Virus record (IMG/VR): IMGVR_UViG_3300012582_000001
Coordinates: 1 to 49,357 of that record
DNA from: a virus
Direction: 5' to 3' (one strand)
DNA length: 49,357 nucleotides
Of the stretch, positions 22,295-30,837 are shown in pieces. How positions within the stretch are numbered: the first letter of the stretch is position 1; every line of letters starts with the position of its first letter. Under the pieces are notes generated by a model. The model worked only from the letters and a program-made list of their open reading frames with translations. It did not search any database and was not told the DNA's origin. The position numbers and the translations under genes were made by a program.

Positions 22295-22780
22295 ATGACA
22301 TTTAAAGAATGGATGATTAATTTCATCAAAGAAAGCAACACAATTGAAAATATCCACCGTGGTCCAACCTCGGAGGAAATCGAGGAGGCTTGGCGCTTTA
22401 TTGAGTTAGAGGATATTGATATTGGTGAAATTATAAGATTCGTTTCGGTTTATCAGCCAAATGCTGTTTTGAGAGATAAAAAAGGCCTGAATGTTATGGT
22501 TGGAAATCATCTGCCACCAAAGGGAGGGCCAGAAATAAAAAAGATGCTTGAGGATTTCTTAGATTGCATAAATGGGGATCCAATATCTGATTATACTAAA
22601 AATCCATTCTTGGCACATAAAGAATATGAAGCTCTTCACCCATTCACTGATTGCAATGGTAGGAGTGGTAGAATTATTTGGTTATGGCAAATGAGAAAAC
22701 TAAATAAAAAATTCGCTCCTATGGGATTTTTACAGACTTGGTATTATCAATCTTTGGATTCTAAATGTTCGAAAATTTAA
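22295..22780 (+). CDS. Fic-domain protein with variant motif HPFTDCNGRSGR and an N-terminal SxxxEN inhibitory-helix motif
   Basis: HPFTDCNGRSGR against the consensus HPFx(D/E)GNGRxxR. SNTIEN near the N-terminus fits (S/T)xxxE(G/N). Confidence 0.7.
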   Translation: MTFKEWMINFIKESNTIENIHRGPTSEEIEEAWRFIELEDIDIGEIIRFVSVYQPNAVLRDKKGLNVMVGNHLPPKGGPEIKKMLEDFLDCINGDPISDYTKNPFLAHKEYEALHPFTDCNGRSGRIIWLWQMRKLNKKFAPMGFLQTWYYQSLDSKCSKI

Positions 22781-22801
22781 CGCTAAAATTTTCGAACATT
22801 T
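22763..22801. terminator. Bidirectional terminator hairpin (16-bp perfect stem, 7-nt loop) between convergent genes
   Basis: 22763..22778 (aaatgttcgaaaattt) pairs with 22786..22801. It overlaps the fic stop and is flanked by A/T runs. Confidence 0.55.
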
Positions 22802-22850
22802 GATTGCCGTTTCATGAAAAGCGATCATGAGTTATGAAAAACGATTCATA

Positions 22851-23267
22851 TTACTCAATTTTAGCAATTTCATTAACATCGGGTTTAGGCGCCTTCATCT
22901 TTTTAATTAAATAGTAAGCAAAGCCAAGCAGAACAACCATCCCAACCAAATAAAGCAAGATAGATATTGCTTTCGTTACGATGAATAATATTACAACAAC
23001 AATCAAAGGGACAAAAACGATCCAAAAAGTGCCAAGCATCAATCTTTTCCAATTGCCGGCCGCAGGAGGGGCATCATTTATTGCAGCATCTATGTCATTC
23101 GGGTGCTTGATGAAAAAATCAACTAGAGTTGGAATTCTAACGCTATTTATTGTTTTTTCAAATATTGCCCTGAACTTCTTTAAGAACTTATCGATTAAAG
23201 TCTGAGCCTTTATCGTATCGATTGTAATTTGACCGTCTGTTTTTGTGATTGGATTGTTATCTTTCAT
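22851..23267 (-). CDS. Membrane protein (2 C-terminal TM segments), last gene of the late arm
   Basis: 138 aa. LMLGTFWIVFVPLIVVVILFIV and ILLYLVGMVVLLGFAYYLI. Confidence 0.55.
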   Translation of the reverse strand: MKDNNPITKTDGQITIDTIKAQTLIDKFLKKFRAIFEKTINSVRIPTLVDFFIKHPNDIDAAINDAPPAAGNWKRLMLGTFWIVFVPLIVVVILFIVTKAISILLYLVGMVVLLGFAYYLIKKMKAPKPDVNEIAKIE

Positions 23268-23406
23268 TTTTCTTGAGCATAAATTTCCTGGCCTCAGTTA
23301 AATCGTGATTGTAATTTTTGCAAAACTTTAAAATTATTCTTCGACAAACTTCTTTGAATTGAGTCATAAAACATTAAAAGTAATTAATAAGAAAAGTATA
23401 GTATCA

Positions 23407-23859
23407 CTATTGAGGTGATTTAGTTAAAATCTTAAATGTTCCCTTAATATAAGAACCAAATTGTTTTCTATTTCCACGTTTTTTGATAGATAAATGAACC
23501 CAGCTTTTTTCAATTAAGCATTGATCAACTTCAATATTTTTTTCTTGTAAATATAATACTATTTTTTTAGGAGTTCCAAAGCTAGGACAAATAAAATCAA
23601 TGGCTTGACCGTATAAATGTTGGCTATATTTTTTGCCTTTCACCAAATCATTGACTTGCGGGTTTCTATATGCAGACGAAATTATAATTGAAAAATCTAA
23701 TAAATCTCTAACTTCTTGTATTTTATCAGCCACAACGCTAAGGCTATCAATGATAGTTTGGTTATCAGTGAAGTTGTTGATCTTGTTTTTCTTTGCAACT
23801 TCTGATGTGAAAAAGTCTATCGGTTTGAAGTTTTTTCTTTGTAATTTTTCTAGGCTCAT
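23407..23859 (-). CDS. Endolysin, peptidase M15 (M15_3/VanY-like zinc D,D- or L,D-peptidase)
   Basis: SSAYRNPQVNDLVKGKKYSQHLYGQAIDF and a downstream SWVHLS match the SGYR..N...S.H..G.A.D ... W.H zinc-ligand pattern. Adjacent to the spanins. Confidence 0.75.
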   Translation of the reverse strand: MSLEKLQRKNFKPIDFFTSEVAKKNKINNFTDNQTIIDSLSVVADKIQEVRDLLDFSIIISSAYRNPQVNDLVKGKKYSQHLYGQAIDFICPSFGTPKKIVLYLQEKNIEVDQCLIEKSWVHLSIKKRGNRKQFGSYIKGTFKILTKSPQ

Positions 23860-24134
23860 TATTTAACTTGTTTACACATTTTTTTAATTGCAGCCTTTTT
23901 ACAAACTGGATGATAATTTGCGCATTTGCAGCAATATCTGATATTATCTGATAGCATCGCTCTCAAAGTATCTTTTTCTAAATCCGCAAAATTCTGCTTT
24001 GGTTCAAAAATGGTTAATTCTTCCGTCACACAATAATTACTCTTTTCTCTCGAACTGGCGCAGCTTATCAACGAGCTCACTACGAGACATACTATCAACA
24101 TAGCTGTCAATTTTCCGGTCATTTCTAATATCAT
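23859..24134 (-). CDS. o-spanin-like outer-membrane lipoprotein
   Basis: Signal peptide with lipobox L-I-S-C (VVSSLISCASS). Cys-rich mature part. Its start overlaps the 3-prime end of the upstream ORF by 98 nt in another frame. Confidence 0.6.
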   Translation of the reverse strand: MILEMTGKLTAMLIVCLVVSSLISCASSREKSNYCVTEELTIFEPKQNFADLEKDTLRAMLSDNIRYCCKCANYHPVCKKAAIKKMCKQVK

Positions 24135-24276
24135 CTAATTCCTCCTCCAATTTTGAATTTTGCGCGGTTTTTGATCCGCTCAACCAAGTTAAAATAAGTG
24201 TGATTACAGCTACAAAAGCAGCCAAACCTATGCCTAAAAAGTTCATTTTGGTGAATAAAGCGCTGATAATTTCCAT
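24037..24276 (-). CDS. i-spanin-like protein (N-terminal TM, charged periplasmic helix)
   Basis: NFLGIGLAAFVAVITLILTWL, then a charged coiled segment. Overlapped gene architecture with the lipoprotein ORF. Confidence 0.55.
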   Translation of the reverse strand: MEIISALFTKMNFLGIGLAAFVAVITLILTWLSGSKTAQNSKLEEELDDIRNDRKIDSYVDSMSRSELVDKLRQFERKE

Positions 24277-24282
24277 GATTGA

Positions 24283-24480
24283 TTATTTATTAACTAAATT
24301 ATTGATACAGGTTGATAAACTCGTATTGATACCGATCGCGATCATTGTGCCAGCAATACCAATACATAAAACTAGGCCATACCATTTATTTCTGAATAAA
24401 TAGCGGCCAAAAGAAAAAAGTTGATCAATCCAGGATTTTGGTTGTTCGCAGTGATCTTTATGCTTAATTTTTTTTATCAT
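24283..24480 (-). CDS. Small TM protein, holin/antiholin candidate
   Basis: 65 aa with one TM (WYGLVLCIGIAGTMIAIGI). Located in the lysis cassette. Confidence 0.4.
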   Translation of the reverse strand: MIKKIKHKDHCEQPKSWIDQLFSFGRYLFRNKWYGLVLCIGIAGTMIAIGINTSLSTCINNLVNK

Positions 24481-24748
24481 ATACCCTCTTTAAAATTTCA
24501 TATATATTGGCAATATCCTTGCCCATTAATTTTATATCGCTGGCCATGTTTGCCATTTCGACTTTTATTTCCGATTTGTTGAGTGCTGCTTCTGTTTTAA
24601 TTAAACTTTTAAAGAGGGTATATATGAGCCCTATTAGGCCAATGAATGCGCCGATTGTGATGGAAATATAAGTGTTCATTGTTTTTTTTGAGTCTTTAGT
24701 ATCCTCGATTATCAGATTAGAATTGTCTTTCAGATATTCGGATTTCAT
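24464..24748 (-). CDS. Small TM protein, holin candidate
   Basis: 94 aa with one TM (ISITIGAFIGLIGLIYTLF). First gene of the lysis cassette. Confidence 0.4.
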   Translation of the reverse strand: MKSEYLKDNSNLIIEDTKDSKKTMNTYISITIGAFIGLIGLIYTLFKSLIKTEAALNKSEIKVEMANMASDIKLMGKDIANIYEILKRVYDKKN

Positions 24749-24767
24749 ATAATCGAGGATTTATTTG

Positions 24768-25085
24768 TTAATAATTAACTTCGTCTGCGCCCTTCTCTGC
24801 TCCCGATTTTTTTTTGGCTTTTTCAATCGCTTCATGAATTTGAGCAGTTATTAAATTTGGTAATAATTCTGATTCATTAAGTTCTTTTTGCATTAAATCT
24901 AAATCCACTCTATCAACTTCAGTGAATCCATTTTGGGATAAATCAACAGCTATTCTATATGCTTTCAAATTCGTTAAATGTTTCGTTTTTCCTGCCAAAA
25001 CATTAGCAGCAAGATCACTTGCTTTTGAATTTGTTATTTCATTGCCCTTTAAGTCTGTAATTGAAAAATTTAAATCAAGCTTCAT
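24768..25085 (-). CDS. Hypothetical protein
   Basis: 105-aa ORF. Confidence 0.5.
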   Translation of the reverse strand: MKLDLNFSITDLKGNEITNSKASDLAANVLAGKTKHLTNLKAYRIAVDLSQNGFTEVDRVDLDLMQKELNESELLPNLITAQIHEAIEKAKKKSGAEKGADEVNY

Positions 25086-25112
25086 ATTTTCTAAAATTTA
25101 ATTAATAAATAA

Positions 25113-25133
25113 TCGATAGATTAATTCTATCGA
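25113..25133 (-). terminator. Hairpin tcgataga-ttaat-tctatcga after the 25161..25475 gene
   Basis: 8-bp perfect stem followed by a T-rich tract on the minus strand. Confidence 0.35.
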
Positions 25134-25160
25134 AGTAAGGGATTTAATAGTTTTTTTCTA

Positions 25161-25475
25161 TTAAAACAACTTTTCTTTCAAGATTGCGAAAATGCCTTTT
25201 TTAGGCGCCTCATCAAGCTTAACATCATCAACCACTTTATCCCTAATGTATTGTCCTGCAGCTCTTGCAGTATCGCCGAAATATTCTTCAAAATCTGAGC
25301 CTGAGATTTGAAGCGTTCTTTGATCTAAAGGGTGGCTATCTCCAGCGGCGGAGATATTAGAAACTAAAATTGCTTGCTTCTCTGAAAAGCGAATTGAAAG
25401 CATAAACGGCTCTTCTATTGCTTCTGGAATTTCGATATTTTTAGTTGCGTTGAAATATTTCTTTTTGATTCCCAT
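25161..25475 (-). CDS. Hypothetical protein downstream of the fibre gene
   Basis: 104-aa ORF, 2 nt after the fibre stop. Confidence 0.5.
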   Translation of the reverse strand: MGIKKKYFNATKNIEIPEAIEEPFMLSIRFSEKQAILVSNISAAGDSHPLDQRTLQISGSDFEEYFGDTARAAGQYIRDKVVDDVKLDEAPKKGIFAILKEKLF

Positions 25476-25477
25476 AT

Positions 25478-28400
25478 TTAATTAATTGTTGGTTGACTAT
25501 TTTGTAAAGTTTGAACCTGGGCAGAAAGTTGCTGAACAGCAGCAATTAGAGGGCCAATGAATTCTGAATAACGAAGGCCGCAAGGCGAAGTATCGCCTGC
25601 TTCATTTACAGATGGGTCAACATATCCGGCGAAGTCATTGCTATCAATATTAAGTTCATCCAGAACTTTTTTAACTTCTTGCGCGATTAGGCCGTGATGT
25701 ACTCTCTTATGTGTAATAGTTCTTGTTTTTTCTTTTCCTTCTTCTCCTTCGGTAATGTCATGGTCGTTGAATTTGAATTCACGCGGCCTCAAGCTATTAA
25801 TAAAATCTAAACCCAATCTGGTGTCTGCAATGCTGTTTTTTGTCGTTTCATCAGAGGTATTAATTGTTGTTGTTCCAGCCCAAAGCTGCGACCATCTAGC
25901 GCCAGAAGCGCCGAGAGTGTAAGCATTATCGGCGCCAGCTTGCATACTTGAAACAGTGAGGAGACAAATTCTTGTGCTCGAAGGCCACAATTCTAAGCTG
26001 CCCACACCTACGATTCGCCCGACATTTCCAGAGTTAAATTTAATTTGTCCACCGATAGCTGATGCGACTATTTCATCAAAAAATTGGATTCTTTCGGCCG
26101 TTCCAGTTCCAAAGCCAGCAATTTGCGTTCCTAAGCCTGCCGTGCCTGAATATGTTACTACGAAAGGATCGGCTGTTGCTGAAGTAATATTCACTGAGTC
26201 GCCAAAAAAAGCTTTTCCAGCGTTTCCAAATCCGCCTTTGTTTACCAAACTTCCGGTTATGGTTGAAGAAGATGCGGTCGTAGCTGTAATAGTGGCGATA
26301 CCACTGCCAGCAATCCTGAAAAGCTCTTGTTCGGTAGTACTGGTTAATCCAGCATAGAAGACGTGATCGGTCGTTGTATTACCAGCCTGATACTTTAATA
26401 TTCCTGATTGTATGCCGAATCCGCTATACTGAAAATCATTATTTACATTTTCATAGAGTACGATCTTTCTTTTCACCAAATCACTTGGAAATTGCAAATA
26501 TCCATTTGCTGTCGCGCCAGCGATACCAATATTTCCGGCAAAAGTAACAAGTCCGGCCGTGGTGATTTTTAGCAATGCGGTATTGGCTAATGTTGGAGCA
26601 GAGCCATATGTCAAATATAGAGTGTCACTGTCGGAATTCCGAAGGCCAAACGCATAACCACCCACGCCAGTAATGTCAAAAGCAAGAAAAGGATCGCTCG
26701 CACTTGCGCCACCAACTCTAATGTCTAGTTTTGACGCGGCGCTAGCAGTGTTATTTTCGTTCGCGAAGCTATAATATGTTGTAGCATTTTGTGCGACGCC
26801 AAAAAGGGCGCTCGCTGTTGTGCCGGATACTCCTGCGGCTATAGTTAGAATATTGACGCTATTTACTTCATCACGAATTAACCAGTTTTCACTACCGCTT
26901 CTTGAACCAACCCCCCACCTTAGCGTACTGGCTGTTCGATACAAAATTCGATTAAATCCATTTGTCGAATCTCCCCGGGTTAAAAATAAATCCGCGGCAT
27001 TTGCAGAGCCGGTAGTAGTGCTTTTAATTTCAGGTTGGACATTTCCTGTATTGCTTATGGTGAGGCCGGCGAAGGTCGGGCTAATTCCGGAAGTCGTATT
27101 AGTGAATTGCTTATTTGTATCCGTTGCAATGAGTGATGACGCGTTCAGAGCATCATTAATTATATTTCCGCTGATCAATACACCATCGGCAGGGGCCCTA
27201 TTATCACCAGCTACCGGCGCGCCGATTGTCATTCTGCCATCAATTGAAGCTGCCCATTTTTTTGTGCCGCCAGCGGGCAACTGAATAGATAAACCAAATG
27301 CATTAGTTACGGTTCCAGATCCGGAATAGGTGCCAGCGCTTACATAAAGCCCTGCATGAGATGTTACGGTTTGGCCGGAAGCGATCGTAATCCTTGGATT
27401 TATCCAATGGCTTAAGGTGGTAGTCATGCTGCCAGTGCAATTTATTATCGTGTCAAGATAATATGCTGATGCAAGGGGATTTATAGCATTTGTGACGTTT
27501 ATGGTTCCGGTAATTGCTAATCTTTCACCGCTCAGGGTTGAATTACCACCGATTATGAATCGATGATTCGGGTTAAAGGTATCGTAAAAAAGGTTTGCGT
27601 TTTCTTGCGAAATAACTTTACCAGCTCCAGCAAATAAAATCGATCCTACGGTTAAGGCATCATTTATGATATTTCCTTGCACTAAAATGCCATCTACCGG
27701 CGCGCGGGTATCAGCTACAACGCCTGATCCAATTGTTATTCTGCCGGCAAAAGCTGCTGAAAAATTATTCGACGCATAAAGTGGTATTGCAGAAAATAAA
27801 TTAATCGCATTTGTAACGGTTCCGGAGGCGGCACCTTGGTAAATATATAATCCATAAACATTATCTGCCGTTCCCGAAACAATAAAAGATGTATTAATTC
27901 CTGTCTGTGCAAAAAGACTTCCACTAGCAATATTGAGTGTACTGTTAAAATATGCTGCAAATCCAACTGATCCGGGGGTTCCGAATAACCCAGCAATATT
28001 AAATAATCCGGTTGAGGTAGCAGTATTAATATTGACTGTTCCGAATTGCACAGTGGAAGTGGTAGCAATGCTTTGCGGCAAGGTTAAAGTTATTGCTCCA
28101 GTCTGCGCAATTCCAAAAAAGCCATTTGCAAGCACTTGATTTGCTGTTCCGGTTATAGATGCAGCGGTTCCAGCGGTAGTTGCCAATGTTCCTGAAGGCG
28201 GAAATGTAACATTTGTGGTGTTAGTCATCGTGAAAGTGCTAGCGAAAGCCCCTGATGTTGTGAGATTTCCACCTAAAGTTATTGATTTGCCGTTAATTTT
28301 TGTGACTGTAGGGTTTGGATAAGTTCCCGAAAGATCACCTCCAGCGGCACCCGTTGGAGCTGCACCAGTAATCGCAACTGAGCTAACAGCGGTGATTAAT

Positions 28401-28957
28401 CCTTTAGCATTCACAGTAAATGCCGCAACATGGGTGCCATCACCAAAACTTCCTATATTGCTATTTACGGTAGCTAAAGTTGTGGTTAAACCTGAAGTGC
28501 TAACATCTCCAGAAAGATCAGAGCTGATCAGATTTTTATTTGGATCAGTAAAAACAAGTTTTGATGGAGTAAGAGCAGCATTATTTATATTTCCACCAAT
28601 ATAAGCATTTCCAGCGTTTCCAAATCCGCCTTTGTTTACCAAACTTCCGGTTATGGTTGAAGAAGATGCAGTTGTAGGATTTATTGTTACTTTTGTCGAA
28701 ATTACTTCTAAGACATTAACCCCGGTTGCAACGATCCGAGCTACGCCGACGCCGGGAATATCAAATCCTGTTAATGTATCAATATTACTTGAAAAAATTG
28801 ATTTTGTAGGATCTCCAGCGGATGCTTGGCCAAAAACTCTATTAAATGTGGGATTAAATAAGTTTAAAGAATAATTTTGACCAAGTCTGGCTATTGGGAT
28901 TAAATCATCTATTGTTAGATTACCACCATTTGGTAATTGACTTATTTTTCTATCCAT
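25478..28957 (-). CDS. Large tail fibre / host-recognition protein with a C-terminal peptidase S74 intramolecular chaperone domain
   Basis: 1159 aa, Gly/Thr/Ser/Asn-rich with repeated modules. The C-terminal 125 aa (25478..25855) read SDETTKNSIADT...LRPREFKF...HHGLIAQEV...GLRYSEFIGPLIAAVQQL, typical of the auto-cleaving S74 chaperone. Confidence 0.8.
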   Translation of the reverse strand: MDRKISQLPNGGNLTIDDLIPIARLGQNYSLNLFNPTFNRVFGQASAGDPTKSIFSSNIDTLTGFDIPGVGVARIVATGVNVLEVISTKVTINPTTASSSTITGSLVNKGGFGNAGNAYIGGNINNAALTPSKLVFTDPNKNLISSDLSGDVSTSGLTTTLATVNSNIGSFGDGTHVAAFTVNAKGLITAVSSVAITGAAPTGAAGGDLSGTYPNPTVTKINGKSITLGGNLTTSGAFASTFTMTNTTNVTFPPSGTLATTAGTAASITGTANQVLANGFFGIAQTGAITLTLPQSIATTSTVQFGTVNINTATSTGLFNIAGLFGTPGSVGFAAYFNSTLNIASGSLFAQTGINTSFIVSGTADNVYGLYIYQGAASGTVTNAINLFSAIPLYASNNFSAAFAGRITIGSGVVADTRAPVDGILVQGNIINDALTVGSILFAGAGKVISQENANLFYDTFNPNHRFIIGGNSTLSGERLAITGTINVTNAINPLASAYYLDTIINCTGSMTTTLSHWINPRITIASGQTVTSHAGLYVSAGTYSGSGTVTNAFGLSIQLPAGGTKKWAASIDGRMTIGAPVAGDNRAPADGVLISGNIINDALNASSLIATDTNKQFTNTTSGISPTFAGLTISNTGNVQPEIKSTTTGSANAADLFLTRGDSTNGFNRILYRTASTLRWGVGSRSGSENWLIRDEVNSVNILTIAAGVSGTTASALFGVAQNATTYYSFANENNTASAASKLDIRVGGASASDPFLAFDITGVGGYAFGLRNSDSDTLYLTYGSAPTLANTALLKITTAGLVTFAGNIGIAGATANGYLQFPSDLVKRKIVLYENVNNDFQYSGFGIQSGILKYQAGNTTTDHVFYAGLTSTTEQELFRIAGSGIATITATTASSSTITGSLVNKGGFGNAGKAFFGDSVNITSATADPFVVTYSGTAGLGTQIAGFGTGTAERIQFFDEIVASAIGGQIKFNSGNVGRIVGVGSLELWPSSTRICLLTVSSMQAGADNAYTLGASGARWSQLWAGTTTINTSDETTKNSIADTRLGLDFINSLRPREFKFNDHDITEGEEGKEKTRTITHKRVHHGLIAQEVKKVLDELNIDSNDFAGYVDPSVNEAGDTSPCGLRYSEFIGPLIAAVQQLSAQVQTLQNSQPTIN

Positions 28958-28958
28958 C

Positions 28959-29123
28959 TCAGCGCTCTAATAAAATATCTCCACCATCTTCAAACAACAA
29001 AAAATTTGAATCTTCCAATAAAAGACTATTGCGTGTTGGAGGAGGATTTTCATCATCACCAGTTTCAAGAATTGTTGATCTGGTAATATTAAGAATATTT
29101 TGAACTATAGTGTTAATTATCAT
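28959..29123 (-). CDS. Possible 54-aa protein bridging 29120..29443 and the fibre gene
   Basis: Hand-translated (MIINTIVQNILNITRSTILETGDDENPPPTRNSLLLEDSNFLLFEDGGDILLER). ATGA overlap upstream. Its stop lies 1 nt before the fibre ATG. Confidence 0.4.
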   Translation of the reverse strand: MIINTIVQNILNITRSTILETGDDENPPPTRNSLLLEDSNFLLFEDGGDILLER

Positions 29124-29443
29124 GTGCCAACCCCTATGATATATAAATTTAAATTTGGATTGGTACCGCCGATTAAATCAAATTGTAATTCTTCTTCATG
29201 TTGTAATTGATTAAGAGTTAATCCTGATACTGCTTCGGTTATGGTTGCTAAAGTAGTTTGATTTGTCCAAGATATGCAAACTGGGATTACAACACTGCCG
29301 ATTTTTCTTGATACAAGAATATACCCATCAATACCAAAATCACCATTTGCAGCTATTTCAACTTGGGCGCCGAACGAAACTTTTCTTAAATCAACCGTAC
29401 CCGAACGATTGGAGTTATTGAGCGCTATTATTGTTACGGCCAT
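29120..29443 (-). CDS. Hypothetical virion-module protein
   Basis: 107-aa ORF in the fibre cluster. Confidence 0.5.
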   Translation of the reverse strand: MAVTIIALNNSNRSGTVDLRKVSFGAQVEIAANGDFGIDGYILVSRKIGSVVIPVCISWTNQTTLATITEAVSGLTLNQLQHEEELQFDLIGGTNPNLNLYIIGVGT

Positions 29444-29445
29444 TT

Positions 29446-29835
29446 TTATTCAAATTTGGCATTGAATCTATTTAGAGCTGTTATAGTTGTGGCTGCTTCA
29501 ATATCTTTAATTTCTTGCTTTGCCTGAGTTCTTTTTGCTTTATCCGGATACTCCAAACCATCTTCATAATATTCAAAAGCTTTCTCAAGTGTCTTATTTA
29601 AGTAGAATCTGCGGGATGAAATTAACTGATTTCTTAATTCTTCTTTTTTATCTACAATATTTTTGGTTTTTGATATCCAGGTATTAGTTTGAAAATTATA
29701 AATATCTTTTCCATGCTGAGGTAAAATGAAGACTTCAACAGCTTCTTTTGGAATCGCTGAATTTTGATAACTAAATTCACCTAAATAATTGCCATCAGAA
29801 TCCACGAAGATCTGATTTATAATTTTTTTTGTCAT
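29446..29835 (-). CDS. Putative tail-fibre assembly / chaperone-like protein
   Basis: 129 aa, directly downstream of a fibre gene. Called by position only. Confidence 0.35.
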   Translation of the reverse strand: MTKKIINQIFVDSDGNYLGEFSYQNSAIPKEAVEVFILPQHGKDIYNFQTNTWISKTKNIVDKKEELRNQLISSRRFYLNKTLEKAFEYYEDGLEYPDKAKRTQAKQEIKDIEAATTITALNRFNAKFE

Positions 29836-29848
29836 AAAAAATCTTTGT

Positions 29849-30724
29849 TTAGGTTAGAGAAAATGCTATAAATATATATTGCCAGTTTGCTAAAGTAATA
29901 TCTGCGGTTGCACCGGTGGTTTTATTCATGATACGAGGCGTTGAGTCAGACATTCTGATATTTAAATTAGTTGTGTCAGGAACTACCGATACACCAAGTG
30001 TCACAATGGAAGCAGTTTGCCCCATCATGGGATTTGCAAAAACTATATCATTTATCGAATAACCATGCTCTGCCGTGATACATTGCATTTGCCAAATGAA
30101 CAGATCTGGAATTTTTCCTAGGCCGTGCGCTAAAGTTAAAGCTCCAGCTAAAGTTATGGTTTGATTTACAGACTTAAATCTTTTATTATTAAACCACGTT
30201 GCAAGCTTTAAGGGAGTAACGAAGGTTAAATCATCAGTTCCAGTATTGGTTTTTACTTGCGTAGCTATTTCCGCTATACCCAATAATAACTCGGTGGCTT
30301 GAGCAATATTGATGAGATTGCTTAAATCCCCACATTGTTGCCAATTTGCGCCGGCAACTAAAGGATTACCAGTATTAACGTTAACTAAAGATTTCCAAAG
30401 GGTTGTTGTTCCTGCCTGCTTAACTAAAGAATTAATTCGATACTCGGTTCCTGCATCATATTCTGGAATTCCTTCTTGAAAAATATAAGCTAATTGAGAA
30501 GTTTCGATGTAGTCCAAAGCTTGATCTTCTTGCAAAGGCGGTAATGATTTACCACTTAATACAACACTATTCAATCCGTCTGCAAATGCAGCTAATGATT
30601 GCAATATTGCGAGATCGTTGCTTAAACTTCCTGAAGTTGTTCCTGAAGCTTGTGCTGACCCTGGAACGCCATTGTTTCCATTTAGACCAAAAATTTTCTG
30701 GGTTTTTCTTGGTAAAACTGCCAT
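29849..30724 (-). CDS. Tail fibre protein (short)
   Basis: 291 aa with a Gly/Ser/Asn/Thr-rich composition. First gene after the baseplate genes. Confidence 0.5.
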   Translation of the reverse strand: MAVLPRKTQKIFGLNGNNGVPGSAQASGTTSGSLSNDLAILQSLAAFADGLNSVVLSGKSLPPLQEDQALDYIETSQLAYIFQEGIPEYDAGTEYRINSLVKQAGTTTLWKSLVNVNTGNPLVAGANWQQCGDLSNLINIAQATELLLGIAEIATQVKTNTGTDDLTFVTPLKLATWFNNKRFKSVNQTITLAGALTLAHGLGKIPDLFIWQMQCITAEHGYSINDIVFANPMMGQTASIVTLGVSVVPDTTNLNIRMSDSTPRIMNKTTGATADITLANWQYIFIAFSLT

Positions 30725-30805
30725 TTTTTCTAAAAATTAAACTTTTTTTAATTTATTTGTTGCATCTTAAAAAAAAGATGTCATAATTAAACATTAAGTT
30801 TAATT

Positions 30806-30833
30806 TTTATACTTAAAAAGCATAATTTGTCAA
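30806..30833 (-). promoter_or_regulatory. Candidate internal promoter TTGACA-16-TATAAA ahead of the fibre genes
   Basis: Read on the minus strand: TTGACA at 30833..30828 and TATAAA at 30811..30806. A catctt/aagatg hairpin follows. Confidence 0.3.
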
Positions 30834-30837
30834 TGTT

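Noticed and set aside
25956-28874. Several plus-strand ORFs (25956..26357, 26820..27284, 27933..28139, 28392..28604, 28632..28874) and a minus-strand out-of-frame ORF (27736..28068) inside the fibre gene
   Set aside because: These are shadow frames of a long Gly/Thr/Ala-rich gene. They lie wholly inside a much longer, motif-supported ORF.
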